Sequence record: NC_048047.1
DNA length: 64,000 nt
Strand: one strand, 5' to 3'
Shown here: one piece after another, positions 9,314-18,489 of the stretch
Position numbering within the stretch: the stretch's first letter is position 1
Layout of the letters: each line of letters begins with the position of its first letter
Notes under the pieces: model-generated
What the model was told of the DNA's origin: nothing
Databases searched by the model: none
Seen by the model: the letters and a program-made list of their open reading frames with translations, nothing else
Translations under genes and position numbers: made by a program

Positions 9314-9723
9314 TGGATCGCAAAGACCTCGACGCCATCCTGCATCTGGCCGGCATCAAGCCGCTGGGTGTGTGGGAGACCGTCAACGGCTACTCCAAGA
9401 CCCGCGAGGACCCTTGGTACCTCGTCCACACTGACTTCGGCATGATCCACATCGGCTGGCGCAAGCGCGTGATCAGCATCGACTGGGAGCAGACCAAGGT
9501 CCGCACGATCGTCACCGAGGACGACGTGACCAAGGACGAGACCCAGGTCCATGCCTACAGCATGGCGAACGCCGCCGTCTACCTGCGCACGTGGCGCATG
9601 TTTGCTGAACACACTACCGCCGTGGCGCGTCGCGATGCGATCGACGGCGCCGTGGATGCGGCTAACGAGCGCCTGGATAAGGCCGGCTTCCAGGCGGGCG
9701 GAGCCCCGGTGACCTCATGCTAG
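9313..9723 (+). CDS. hypothetical protein
   Basis: TGATG coupling; IHIGWRKRVISIDW. Confidence 0.7.
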   Translation: MDRKDLDAILHLAGIKPLGVWETVNGYSKTREDPWYLVHTDFGMIHIGWRKRVISIDWEQTKVRTIVTEDDVTKDETQVHAYSMANAAVYLRTWRMFAEHTTAVARRDAIDGAVDAANERLDKAGFQAGGAPVTSC

Positions 9724-10163
9724 ACCTCAACCTCTCCGTCAAAGACATCGTCGACATCCTCGATCGTGAACTGAGCGCGCACGACGACATCATTTATGGC
9801 GAGGACAGCGCCGCTGTACGCATCATGGACTACGTCCAGGCCAAGGCCCTGATCGCGACGCAGCATGCCGCCTACGGCCTGCCGCTGTCGATCCTGGAGA
9901 CCTTCCGCAAGCACAACCTGACCGCTGAGCATGTCAGCCGCAAGGATGAGATGCCGGACGCCATGGACGTCTATTTCGAGGGCGGCCGGGAAATCACGCT
10001 CTGTCGTATCGAGGTCCCGTTCGAGTCCTGGGTGATCGTCTCCTGGAACGGCAAGTTCAAGCGCCCCGACGTGGAGCTTCTCGCCACCGACATGGCCAAG
10101 GCCTGGGGCGCGGAACTGAAGGCCAAGGAAGCTGCCCAGCCCAAGGCCAAGAAGGTCCGCTAG
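9717..10163 (+). CDS. hypothetical protein
   Basis: ORF in operon. Confidence 0.7.
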   Translation: MLDLNLSVKDIVDILDRELSAHDDIIYGEDSAAVRIMDYVQAKALIATQHAAYGLPLSILETFRKHNLTAEHVSRKDEMPDAMDVYFEGGREITLCRIEVPFESWVIVSWNGKFKRPDVELLATDMAKAWGAELKAKEAAQPKAKKVR

Positions 10164-10182
10164 GCATCGTGCGAGAAAGTTG

Positions 10183-10211
10183 TTGACACAAGACTTCGGG
10201 CTGCCCTAGAT
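10183..10211 (+). promoter_or_regulatory. sigma70-type promoter
   Basis: TTGACA-N16-CCTAGAT preceded by GCGAGAAA. Confidence 0.65.
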
Positions 10212-10237
10212 GAGGCCATCGACAACCCGGAGGCCTG

Positions 10238-10540
10238 ATGCCCTCTCTCGCCGAAGCCACTGACCTGATGCTGCTCAAGCAGGGTCTCGCCTCCTTGGAG
10301 GTCCTGGAGCGCAGCCCGACGCTGCGTCCGTCGGCGTGCTATGTGCTTTTCATCGAGACCTTCAACCTCGGCTCCAACCATGACTGGTCCCTCCCCTTCC
10401 TGGAGAAGACCGCCTGGGGCCACCTGGAGGTCCAGACCTGCCACGCCTGCGGCGCCGTGCGTCGCCCGCGCTTTGGCCCCTACTATGGGGTGGCCTCCGC
10501 GCCGATGGCGCCTCTTCAGATCGAAGGACGTGCTGCATGA
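10238..10540 (+). CDS. hypothetical protein
   Basis: GGAGG RBS; CHACG. Confidence 0.65.
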   Translation: MPSLAEATDLMLLKQGLASLEVLERSPTLRPSACYVLFIETFNLGSNHDWSLPFLEKTAWGHLEVQTCHACGAVRRPRFGPYYGVASAPMAPLQIEGRAA

Positions 10541-10788
10541 TCCCCGCCATTCGCCGGTTCTTCGGCCTCTGTGAGCACGTCTGGGAACGGATGCCCCAGA
10601 CCGTTTCCAAGACTCTGGTCCCGGCCAATCCGCGCGTCGATACCTGCCTTGGCTTCGACGTCGTGGTCGTCAAGACCTTCCACCAGCGCTGCTGCCTGCG
10701 GTGCGCCAAGGTCGAGGTCACCTGCATCGGCCATGAAACCTTCCCCCTCTCCACCTGGAAGGGCGACCGCTCGGAGCTTTCGATTTGA
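10537..10788 (+). CDS. Cys-rich hypothetical protein
   Basis: ATGA coupling; CEHVW...CCLRC. Confidence 0.6.
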   Translation: MIPAIRRFFGLCEHVWERMPQTVSKTLVPANPRVDTCLGFDVVVVKTFHQRCCLRCAKVEVTCIGHETFPLSTWKGDRSELSI

Positions 10789-11537
10789 ACGTCCACATCA
10801 CCCACTGCTTCCAGGGCGAGTACGAGGGCTCGTGCAAGTACGGCGACGAGGACTGCCCCGCGCGGTTCGTCGCGCCGGCGCTCGCCCGCCGGATGCTGGA
10901 GGATTCGCGCTACTTCGGCGACGAAGAGGCCCCGTTCAACGGAAAGGCCTTTGATGGCGACAATCGCCTGCTGCTGATCGTCGGCGAGAACGCCTCGGGC
11001 AAGAGCCTGTTGTTCCGAATCCTGGCCGCCGTCGCGCGCCGCGATCATGGACTGACGGGCATCACCATCTCGATCCGCGAACGCACCGATTCCACCGTGC
11101 CGTTCCGCCGCATGTTCATGTTTGGCGACGAAGCGGAGCAATCGACCGGCGCCACCTCGTTCGGCACCATCGAGATGGGCTTCAAGACGGCCAGCGGCGA
11201 GAGCCAGGGCAAGAACCTGCTGATGATCGACGAGCCCGAGATGGGCCTGTCGGACGGCTACGCCCGCGCCTTGGGCGAATACCTGGGTCAGAACGCCCGT
11301 GACCTTCCCGACGCCTGTCATGGCCTTGTTGTGGTGACCCACAACCGCCCGTTGGTGCAAGGCATCCTGATGGGCCTCAACGCCGCGCCGGCCTTTGCCC
11401 ACCTGGGCGCATCGACGCCGCTATACGACTGGCTGGAGCACCGCGAGACCCGCACGGTCAACGACCTGCGCGCCCTCAAGGAGACCGCCTCCGCACGTCG
11501 GAAGCAGACCCAGAAACTGATGGACCAAAAGGACTGA
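10785..11537 (+). CDS. stand-alone ABC/AAA_21-type ATPase
   Basis: Walker A GENASGKS, signature-like SGESQG, Walker B LLMIDEPEMGLS, H-loop VVTHN. Confidence 0.8.
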   Translation: MNVHITHCFQGEYEGSCKYGDEDCPARFVAPALARRMLEDSRYFGDEEAPFNGKAFDGDNRLLLIVGENASGKSLLFRILAAVARRDHGLTGITISIRERTDSTVPFRRMFMFGDEAEQSTGATSFGTIEMGFKTASGESQGKNLLMIDEPEMGLSDGYARALGEYLGQNARDLPDACHGLVVVTHNRPLVQGILMGLNAAPAFAHLGASTPLYDWLEHRETRTVNDLRALKETASARRKQTQKLMDQKD

Positions 11538-11538
11538 C

Positions 11539-11733
11539 ATGCCCAAGCCGACGAAAGCCGACGCCTACGAGAACATCCGCTTTGTGGTGTTCGACGCCCT
11601 GATCGCCAGGATGCCGCGCGGGTCGTACGACTACCTGGAGGAGGCCGCCGTTGTCGCTGCCGAGGCCCTGAAGAACCCGGCCTTCGCCTGGGTGTTCGAA
11701 GTCCTGGCCGAGAAAGAGGACGCGCCGTCGTGA
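11539..11733 (+). CDS. hypothetical protein
   Basis: AAGGA RBS. Confidence 0.6.
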   Translation: MPKPTKADAYENIRFVVFDALIARMPRGSYDYLEEAAVVAAEALKNPAFAWVFEVLAEKEDAPS

Positions 11734-12284
11734 GCGAAGACCGCCTCGATCCGCCGGTCCTCCAGAAGCTGATCTACAAGCACTTCTACAACGGACCCGT
11801 CGGCGGCGCCGCGCTGCGTCTGGCCAAGATCATCAATCGGCACGCCCAGGGTTTGCCGATCATGGCCTTCGAGGAGGTCCTGCAAGAGTTCTTGGTCCGG
11901 CGCCTGGGCCTCAACGAGACGACCGATCCCAAGCTGGCGGCCGAAAACAAGGAAGCCCTGGCGGCCGAGCGGGCGACCTTCTGGAAAGCCCTGAACGGCA
12001 AGGGCGGTGGCGGCATCGTCTTCGACCTGATCGCCTATGCGCGCGCCAAGGACCTCTACGAGTGCCTGACCGAGAAGGTCCAGCAGTTCGACCAGCCCGC
12101 CACCAACGCCCTGGGCATGACCGTCGACGAGACGATCGCGCACCTGCAAGGCGTGATCGCCGACCGCACCGCCGATCTGGCTGTGGAGTCCGACCCCGAC
12201 AGGCGCGCCAACCTGGAGGCGGTGATCGCCGACGTCCAGGCGGCCCTGGCCAAGCTGCAACAGGACGAAGGAACCCGCCCATGA
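11730..12284 (+). CDS. hypothetical protein
   Basis: GTGA coupling. Confidence 0.7.
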   Translation: MSEDRLDPPVLQKLIYKHFYNGPVGGAALRLAKIINRHAQGLPIMAFEEVLQEFLVRRLGLNETTDPKLAAENKEALAAERATFWKALNGKGGGGIVFDLIAYARAKDLYECLTEKVQQFDQPATNALGMTVDETIAHLQGVIADRTADLAVESDPDRRANLEAVIADVQAALAKLQQDEGTRP

Positions 12285-12697
12285 GCCAGGACATCGCCAC
12301 CTCGACCCTGCCCTTCTTCCTGGGCTCGCTGGTCAAGTACGCCAAGGACGGCCCCAGCGCGTGGCTGCTCTGCGAGCGCGCCGAGGATCAGCAATACCTG
12401 CCTGAGATGATCAAGGGCACCTGGAACATCGAAGGCCATCCCAATTCCAGCCACTTCACGCCGGAATTCGTCTACGGCTTCTTCGCCACCAGGGAAGAGG
12501 CCGCGAGAGCCTGGGCTGTCGCCGGCGCCTCGTGGCAGACCAACGCGCTGCTGCTGGCTAAGCTGCGGAGGCAACTGGCGCAAGGCGAGGTCGAACAACG
12601 CCAAGCGGCCATCGCCATTGCCCAGGAATTGGCCACCCTCATCGAAACCGTTCGCGGCGAGGACATCGACGCGACCATCAAACTCGTGGACGTCTGA
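12281..12697 (+). CDS. hypothetical protein
   Basis: ATGA coupling. Confidence 0.7.
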   Translation: MSQDIATSTLPFFLGSLVKYAKDGPSAWLLCERAEDQQYLPEMIKGTWNIEGHPNSSHFTPEFVYGFFATREEAARAWAVAGASWQTNALLLAKLRRQLAQGEVEQRQAAIAIAQELATLIETVRGEDIDATIKLVDV

Positions 12698-12698
12698 C

Positions 12699-12944
12699 AT
12701 GGGCCGCAAGCTGATCCTCACCCGCCTCAATCCCGAGCGTGAACTGTCCCGCGCCGACCAGCGCACCTTCGAGGACATCCAGGACCTGCTGGGCAAGGCC
12801 GGGCAACTGGCCGATCGCCTCGGCCCGGACGTCTCGGTGGTCATGGAACTCTGGGACGCCGAGGAGACCGGCAACACCGTGCGCGGCCGTCTCCAGTACG
12901 GTTGCTCGGGCGCCTCGATCTGCTCCTCGCGCGTCGCCTCTTGA
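12699..12944 (+). CDS. hypothetical protein
   Basis: ORF in operon. Confidence 0.6.
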   Translation: MGRKLILTRLNPERELSRADQRTFEDIQDLLGKAGQLADRLGPDVSVVMELWDAEETGNTVRGRLQYGCSGASICSSRVAS

Positions 12945-12977
12945 CGCCATTCATGACGCCGTGCTACGACCGGCGTC

Positions 12978-13466
12978 ATGAAAGAGCTTCACCACCAGGA
13001 CCTGCACGCGGTAACCTCCGCCACCGGCAAGAGCCGTCTCGTGTTCGGCTCGCCAGCCGACGCCAAGGCGCGCGCCGAGCAGCTATCGCGCCTGGAAGAC
13101 GGCTCCTTGGTCCAGACGTGGCAGGTCAGCGACGTCTATCACATCCTGCACGACCTCGATCCAGGCCCCGCTGAGCGCCGGCGCGCGATCAACACCGTCA
13201 CCATCCTGGGGCAGGTGGCCAAGGCCTCTCCGCTCACCGTCTATAGGGCTCCTGGCGATGCGCGTCCGGTTGAGTCAGACGCCTCGCGCGACGTCGCCGA
13301 GGCGGGCCTGCGCATCGACGCTGGCATGATCATCCATAAGCTCAAGAACGGCCTCTCGCCCGCGACCCTGTCCCAGCGGCAGATCAACACCCTTGTCGAC
13401 GCCTGGGCTCTGATGATCCGCGACATGGGCCGCCTGCACGACCTGGAACTGATGCAGGACGCCTAA
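12978..13466 (+). CDS. hypothetical protein (AWxL motif)
   Basis: ends TLVDAWALMIRD. Confidence 0.65.
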   Translation: MKELHHQDLHAVTSATGKSRLVFGSPADAKARAEQLSRLEDGSLVQTWQVSDVYHILHDLDPGPAERRRAINTVTILGQVAKASPLTVYRAPGDARPVESDASRDVAEAGLRIDAGMIIHKLKNGLSPATLSQRQINTLVDAWALMIRDMGRLHDLELMQDA

Positions 13467-13514
13467 GGCGCCGCGTCGCTCCGCCCCGGCATTAACCTTA
13501 ACGAGAGACGCCCC

Positions 13515-13796
13515 GTGACCAACAGCTTCTACACCGAAGACGGCGACTACGATGACGAGCGTGAGGCCCACCGCGAGGGCATGCTGGGCTTCTTCCGCGA
13601 GGCCGAACAGGAGATCGCCAAGCTGGCCCCGCCGATCGGCCGCGCGCTGAACGAGGCCAGCTACACCATGGGCGAGATCAATCTGTGGATTGATCAGGAA
13701 GGCGGCATCTCCACCCCCGCCATCATCCAGGCCTGGGCTTTGGTGGAGACCCTGCGCCGCAACGGTGGCCAGTTCCCCGCCAAGCTGCGGATGTAG
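13515..13796 (+). CDS. hypothetical protein, AW(A/S)LVE family
   Basis: IIQAWALVETLRRNGG. Confidence 0.7.
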   Translation: MTNSFYTEDGDYDDEREAHREGMLGFFREAEQEIAKLAPPIGRALNEASYTMGEINLWIDQEGGISTPAIIQAWALVETLRRNGGQFPAKLRM

Positions 13797-13800
13797 TCCC

Positions 13801-14076
13801 ATGAGCAACGCCCGCACCAGCGGCTACGTCCAGGAGATCGAGGACGCCCGCGCCACGCTGTTGATCGCCGAACGTGACGCCTTCAACACCGACCTCTTCG
13901 AAGACGCCTTGGCCGACGACAACCTCAAGCGCGAGGTCGCCAAGGGCATCGACGCGATGGTCCAGTCTGGCATCTGGTTCAGCGACGCGGGGCTTCACGA
14001 CGCCATCCAGGCGTGGTCCCTGGTCGAGGCCATCCGACGCAACGGCGGCGTCTATCCGCCGGAGCTTGAGGCATGA
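13801..14076 (+). CDS. hypothetical protein, AW(A/S)LVE family
   Basis: AIQAWSLVEAIRRNGG. Confidence 0.7.
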   Translation: MSNARTSGYVQEIEDARATLLIAERDAFNTDLFEDALADDNLKREVAKGIDAMVQSGIWFSDAGLHDAIQAWSLVEAIRRNGGVYPPELEA

Positions 14077-14510
14077 TGTCCTGGCCCGAGACCTACAGCC
14101 TCACCCGTGAGGAGATGTTGGCCTTCGTCAAGCAGCATGACGCCTATTCGGAGGCCTTCCGCTCGGCCTTTCTGGGCATCCTGGCCGCCAGCGCCAGTGA
14201 TCTGCGCGTGAATATCTTGGGCCTGTCACGCACCGGGCGCCGCGCCGACGGCCTCTGCTATCTGGGCCACATCACCGGCGCCGACGAGCGCCTACTGATC
14301 CGCTGCTTCCATGGCGTGCGCTTTGGCGATACCCCGCCGGTGCTGACCGAAGAGGGCAGCAACGTGCTGCACTTCATCGCCCAGTTCTATCCCGACGAGA
14401 TCAACGACCACATCGGTCCCTTCAGCAAGGTCTATGCGCACCTACGCGCGCCGCCCAAGCCCAAGGCCGAGAAGAAGCCCAAGAAGGATAAGACCGATGT
14501 CGTGGTTTGA
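14073..14510 (+). CDS. hypothetical protein
   Basis: ATGA coupling. Confidence 0.7.
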   Translation: MMSWPETYSLTREEMLAFVKQHDAYSEAFRSAFLGILAASASDLRVNILGLSRTGRRADGLCYLGHITGADERLLIRCFHGVRFGDTPPVLTEEGSNVLHFIAQFYPDEINDHIGPFSKVYAHLRAPPKPKAEKKPKKDKTDVVV

Positions 14511-14886
14511 CGACTTCAAGGCGTGGCTGAGCTACACCCGTCAGCACAACAACCCCAGCCAGGGCGAATTTCGCATCCACCAGTTCGCTCCCGATCGCTT
14601 CGTGGTCCAGCTTCACAATGGTGAAGCCTGGAAGGGGCTGACCGAGGAAGGCAAAATCTCCGGCTACCGTTTCATCAAGCACTACGAGACCCTGGCCCAG
14701 GCTGTCGAGGCCCTGGCTTTGCAGCGCGCCCGCTGGTCGTCCCTGTTCGAGGGTGAGATCGAACGTCTGCTGGGCAGCGAGGTCTCCTACTATCCCGAGG
14801 GCCTGCATCCCGTGCGCAAGCACCGGGGGCGCTCCTGGAAGGTCGAAAAGCGCGCTTTGGAAGTGGCCCTCAAGGGCTTCGAGTAA
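14497..14886 (+). CDS. hypothetical protein
   Basis: AAGGA RBS. Confidence 0.7.
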   Translation: MSWFDDFKAWLSYTRQHNNPSQGEFRIHQFAPDRFVVQLHNGEAWKGLTEEGKISGYRFIKHYETLAQAVEALALQRARWSSLFEGEIERLLGSEVSYYPEGLHPVRKHRGRSWKVEKRALEVALKGFE

Positions 14887-14949
14887 GTTCCCGCGTTGAC
14901 GCCCATCGTGGCGCCATGATAGCCAAGACGTCATAGAAAAGGAATCGTC

Positions 14950-15348
14950 ATGCCCTGGTGGTGGCCCTTCAAAAGCCGGTTGGAAGTGCAGGAGTTTGTC
15001 CACGTCCGCACGCCCCAATCCTACGATGTCCGGGTCGTTCAGGTCGACGACGAGACCTTCTACGTCGAGGCCTATGTCAACGGCGTCTGGCGGCGTCTGC
15101 TCTCCATGCGCCACACCGACTGGCGTCTGACCCTGGCCAGCGGCAAGGCCTGGAAAACCTTCGAGGAGGCCAAGGCCGCCGCCGAGGCCTTTACGGCCTA
15201 TCGTGTCGCTTGGATCGCCAAGGAAACCTCCAGGCTGCGCGAGCACTGCAACACCTTCTATCCGACCGAATACGTGCGCGAGCCTGATTACGCGCATGTC
15301 AACCATGAGGCCCAGGCGGTCGACAACTTCCGTCTGAGCTACGGATGA
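14950..15348 (+). CDS. hypothetical protein
   Basis: AAGGA RBS; TTGACG-type promoter at ~14896. Confidence 0.7.
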   Translation: MPWWWPFKSRLEVQEFVHVRTPQSYDVRVVQVDDETFYVEAYVNGVWRRLLSMRHTDWRLTLASGKAWKTFEEAKAAAEAFTAYRVAWIAKETSRLREHCNTFYPTEYVREPDYAHVNHEAQAVDNFRLSYG

Positions 15349-15656
15349 GGAACCGCGCTCACCAAGTCCTGGCCCTGCTCGCCGACGCCTCCGATGAAGG
15401 TTTCGACGACATCCTGTGCGACGGCGCCTGCTATGTCGGACACGTGCGCATCAGCCGAGGCACGGTGACAGAGCTTCTGATCCACATGGCCATCTCGCGC
15501 TCCGATGAGGAGACCGAGCGCTACACGATCAACAGCACGGGCCTTGCCATTCACCGTCGGCCGGCCCTGGCGCCAGACATCCTCAAGGCGATCGGCCAGG
15601 GCATCGCGTTCACGATCGACGCCGAGGACCAGATCAAGGTCCTGGACTATCCTTAA
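15345..15656 (+). CDS. hypothetical protein
   Basis: ATGA coupling. Confidence 0.65.
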   Translation: MRNRAHQVLALLADASDEGFDDILCDGACYVGHVRISRGTVTELLIHMAISRSDEETERYTINSTGLAIHRRPALAPDILKAIGQGIAFTIDAEDQIKVLDYP

Positions 15657-15674
15657 ACCCTGCAAGGAGCACGC

Positions 15675-16412
15675 ATGCCCCAGACCATGAACGACCTGCT
15701 TGAAGCCGTCCCTGCCGGATCGCTGGAACGCCATCTGCTCAACCAGATGCAGGACAAATCGATGCTGCTGCGCGAGGCGACCTATCTGAAGCTGGCGGGT
15801 GATCAGTACACCTACATTCAGGAAGGCTGGCTGCCCGGCGTGGCGTTCATGGGCGCCTCGGAGACGCCCTCGTCCGGCGATGGCGTACTGAACCCCCGCT
15901 CCGAGACCCTGATCCCCTACGTTCAACGCGACGAACATCTGCCCCGCCTGATCGAACGCGATGTGATCATCGGCGGTAACGGCGATGGTTTCGGCCTCTA
16001 TGACCGCCTGCTTCCGCTCCAGATCATCAAGGCCCCCGACAACGTCTTCACGCCGGCCGACCTCCAGGCGACGATCGACGCGGTCGACGGCCCCACTCAC
16101 GTCTACATGACGCAAGGCAAGTTCGACGCCCTGGTCGCCGCCGAGGTGATCGTCGATGGACGATTGGTCGACAACGAAGACCTGGGCATCCTGATCGCGT
16201 CCGATGGCCTTGGCCTCAACTATGCCGAGATCGACCACGCGATCGTGGTGCTCAACATGGGCGAAGCCGGCGTCGTCATCCTCTACAACGATCCGCCGTA
16301 CGTCGAAGACCAGTTCGCCGCCTGGGACGTGTCGCTGGCCGTGATGAGCGGGCGGGCGGTGGCGCGCTACGAGGACGTCAAGATCATCGAGCCGGCGGTC
16401 GCGCTGGTCTGA
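15675..16412 (+). CDS. divergent, shortened major-capsid-protein paralog (HK97-like)
   Basis: AAGGAG RBS; YIQEGWLPGVAF, GVLNPRSETL, LQATIDAVDGPTHVYM, LAVMSGRAVAR resemble recalled phiCbK-type capsid blocks. Confidence 0.6.
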   Translation: MPQTMNDLLEAVPAGSLERHLLNQMQDKSMLLREATYLKLAGDQYTYIQEGWLPGVAFMGASETPSSGDGVLNPRSETLIPYVQRDEHLPRLIERDVIIGGNGDGFGLYDRLLPLQIIKAPDNVFTPADLQATIDAVDGPTHVYMTQGKFDALVAAEVIVDGRLVDNEDLGILIASDGLGLNYAEIDHAIVVLNMGEAGVVILYNDPPYVEDQFAAWDVSLAVMSGRAVARYEDVKIIEPAVALV

Positions 16413-16414
16413 TC

Positions 16415-16900
16415 ATGACCAAGATGCTGGTGCTCGAACAGGCGATCGAACGCTTCCCCGTCCTGCTCCTCCTGGCGCAGGGCGTGGGACGCTGGACGCG
16501 TCTGCGCGACACTAGCATTGACGAGCCCACCCTGTCGGCGCTGGTGACCGAGGGCGTCGTCGAGGTTGGGCGCTACAAGCCTGACCAGCGGGTGCGTGGC
16601 CGCACGCGGACCTTCCGGGCGCTGGCCCTCACCGCCAAGGGCGAACTGCTGTCGGCCATGCTGCGCGACGCCTTCCGCGAGCACAATCTGGCCTGGAGCT
16701 ATGGTCCTGACGACGGCGTGGGGCGTGTGGCCATGCGCGCCGACTGGGGCCAGCCCAAGATCGAGTACGTCGCTGACGGATACCTGGGTCACCGGCGCAA
16801 GGTGATCACCGCCCGGCCCGACAATCACAAGACCAAGATGAAGAAAGCCGCCCAACAGGCCCTGGCCAAGTGGCGTCTATGGCAGAGAGCACCGACATGA
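16415..16900 (+). CDS. hypothetical protein
   Basis: ORF in operon. Confidence 0.65.
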   Translation: MTKMLVLEQAIERFPVLLLLAQGVGRWTRLRDTSIDEPTLSALVTEGVVEVGRYKPDQRVRGRTRTFRALALTAKGELLSAMLRDAFREHNLAWSYGPDDGVGRVAMRADWGQPKIEYVADGYLGHRRKVITARPDNHKTKMKKAAQQALAKWRLWQRAPT

Positions 16901-17175
16901 GCGATTACGAGCGTCAATTCGAGGAACAGTTCGACGACCTGGAGGTCGACCGTCGCCGTGCGCGCAGCCTGATCGACGACTTCGCCACGCACGCCGTGCC
17001 CGAGGACAAGAAGGATGCGGTCGACAAGCTGATCGGGCTGGCCAACTACTTCGATCACCTGGAGATCAAGCTGGACCTGGAGACGGCGATCGCCGCCTGG
17101 GCGCTCGTTGAGGAGGCGCTGCTGTGCGGCCCCGAGGAGATCGACGACCTCATCCAAGACATCGCGGCGGGCTAA
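16897..17175 (+). CDS. acidic hypothetical protein, AW(A/S)LVE family
   Basis: AIAAWALVEEAL. Confidence 0.7.
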   Translation: MSDYERQFEEQFDDLEVDRRRARSLIDDFATHAVPEDKKDAVDKLIGLANYFDHLEIKLDLETAIAAWALVEEALLCGPEEIDDLIQDIAAG

Positions 17176-17176
17176 G

Positions 17177-17851
17177 ATGCAGACCGGTATCGTCGATCGC
17201 ACCTATGAGACCCGCAAGGAATACTGGGTCGTGCGAGGCTTCTCCAAGAGGTCCAACTGCTACGTCTACCCCAATCATGGCTGGTCCTATACCTCCTGGA
17301 CCCGCACCGTCGGCGACACCTATGACACCCTGGAACAGGCCCGCAGGGGCATCCAGGGCGGCTATATCGAGGACATGATCGAGACCCAGCAGGTCGTCGA
17401 CATCGAGTTCCTGCACTACAAGCGCGTCCGCCAGATCGCCGAGCACGTCGAGGTCTTCGCCTTCCGCGCCGATGGCGAGCCATCGACCCTGGCCACGCCA
17501 ACCGTGGTCGTCGAGAACTGGACGCTACGGCCGGACGACTACATCGGCATCGGAAGCGAAGACAACAGCGACGTCGCCATCTATGGTCGCGTCACCGCCT
17601 TGCGCGACGGCAAGGCCTATATCGACGTCATCAACGGCGGTTGGATCATGGTTGTGCGCATGGACGGCGACCAGACCGTCATCGACGCCGAATCCGGCTG
17701 CTGCCAGGGCGCCGATGAAGGCGAAGACACCAGGGTCGGCAGACCCGTGCGCGTCCTATTCCAGGGCGTGCCCGACCCGCATCAAGACCCCGAGTGCTAC
17801 ACCACTCAGATGGACGCGTGGCGTGACCAGCAGGAGGCGAAGGGCGCATGA
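17177..17851 (+). CDS. hypothetical two-domain protein
   Basis: ORF in operon. Confidence 0.7.
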   Translation: MQTGIVDRTYETRKEYWVVRGFSKRSNCYVYPNHGWSYTSWTRTVGDTYDTLEQARRGIQGGYIEDMIETQQVVDIEFLHYKRVRQIAEHVEVFAFRADGEPSTLATPTVVVENWTLRPDDYIGIGSEDNSDVAIYGRVTALRDGKAYIDVINGGWIMVVRMDGDQTVIDAESGCCQGADEGEDTRVGRPVRVLFQGVPDPHQDPECYTTQMDAWRDQQEAKGA

Positions 17852-18180
17852 TCGAGATCGCTCACTATCGGCATCCCGCGCAAAGCACCCGCTGGGAAAC
17901 GGATTTCTATGTCTTCGCCAGGGTCGAGTTCCCTTCGAGCCAGGGCAAGCCGATCTTCGAGGAAGTCGTCTGGGGCGCCGACTTCGCCAGGACCGGATGG
18001 CGCAAGGTCAATGCTGAAGGCGTCAGTCCGGTCGGGTTCCAGCGCCGTGAAGATGCCGACAAGGACGTGATGTCCGATCGCGCGCGCTGGTTCAACGGCC
18101 AGGAACTCACCGCCGTCCATGATCTGCGCTTCCTCAAGCGCACCGTCGTCACCGCCACCTATTATGAGGACGTGCAATGA
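17848..18180 (+). CDS. hypothetical protein
   Basis: ATGA coupling. Confidence 0.7.
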   Translation: MIEIAHYRHPAQSTRWETDFYVFARVEFPSSQGKPIFEEVVWGADFARTGWRKVNAEGVSPVGFQRREDADKDVMSDRARWFNGQELTAVHDLRFLKRTVVTATYYEDVQ

Positions 18181-18479
18181 TCGACGAGATCGAGGTGATC
18201 CTGCGCACCTACCACAAGTCCGGCCGCGATGGCGATCGGGCCACACGCGACAAGCCCTATCGCGACTACGAGATCGTGCTGCGGCGCCCCGTCGCCGAAC
18301 TCGAAGTCCCCGTCCGCCTCTTCGATGGATATGACAGTTTCAACGTTTCGATCCGCTCTGATCAGTACCGCCTCGCCGAGGCCCTGGCAAACCAGTTGGC
18401 CGACCTCTTCCAGTCAGCCGTCATCCGCGAAGACTATGAGCCTCAGGTCACGACAACCTGGGTCAAACGAGAACAATAA
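18177..18479 (+). CDS. hypothetical protein
   Basis: ATGA coupling. Confidence 0.7.
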   Translation: MIDEIEVILRTYHKSGRDGDRATRDKPYRDYEIVLRRPVAELEVPVRLFDGYDSFNVSIRSDQYRLAEALANQLADLFQSAVIREDYEPQVTTTWVKREQ

Positions 18480-18489
18480 GGGAAACCCC

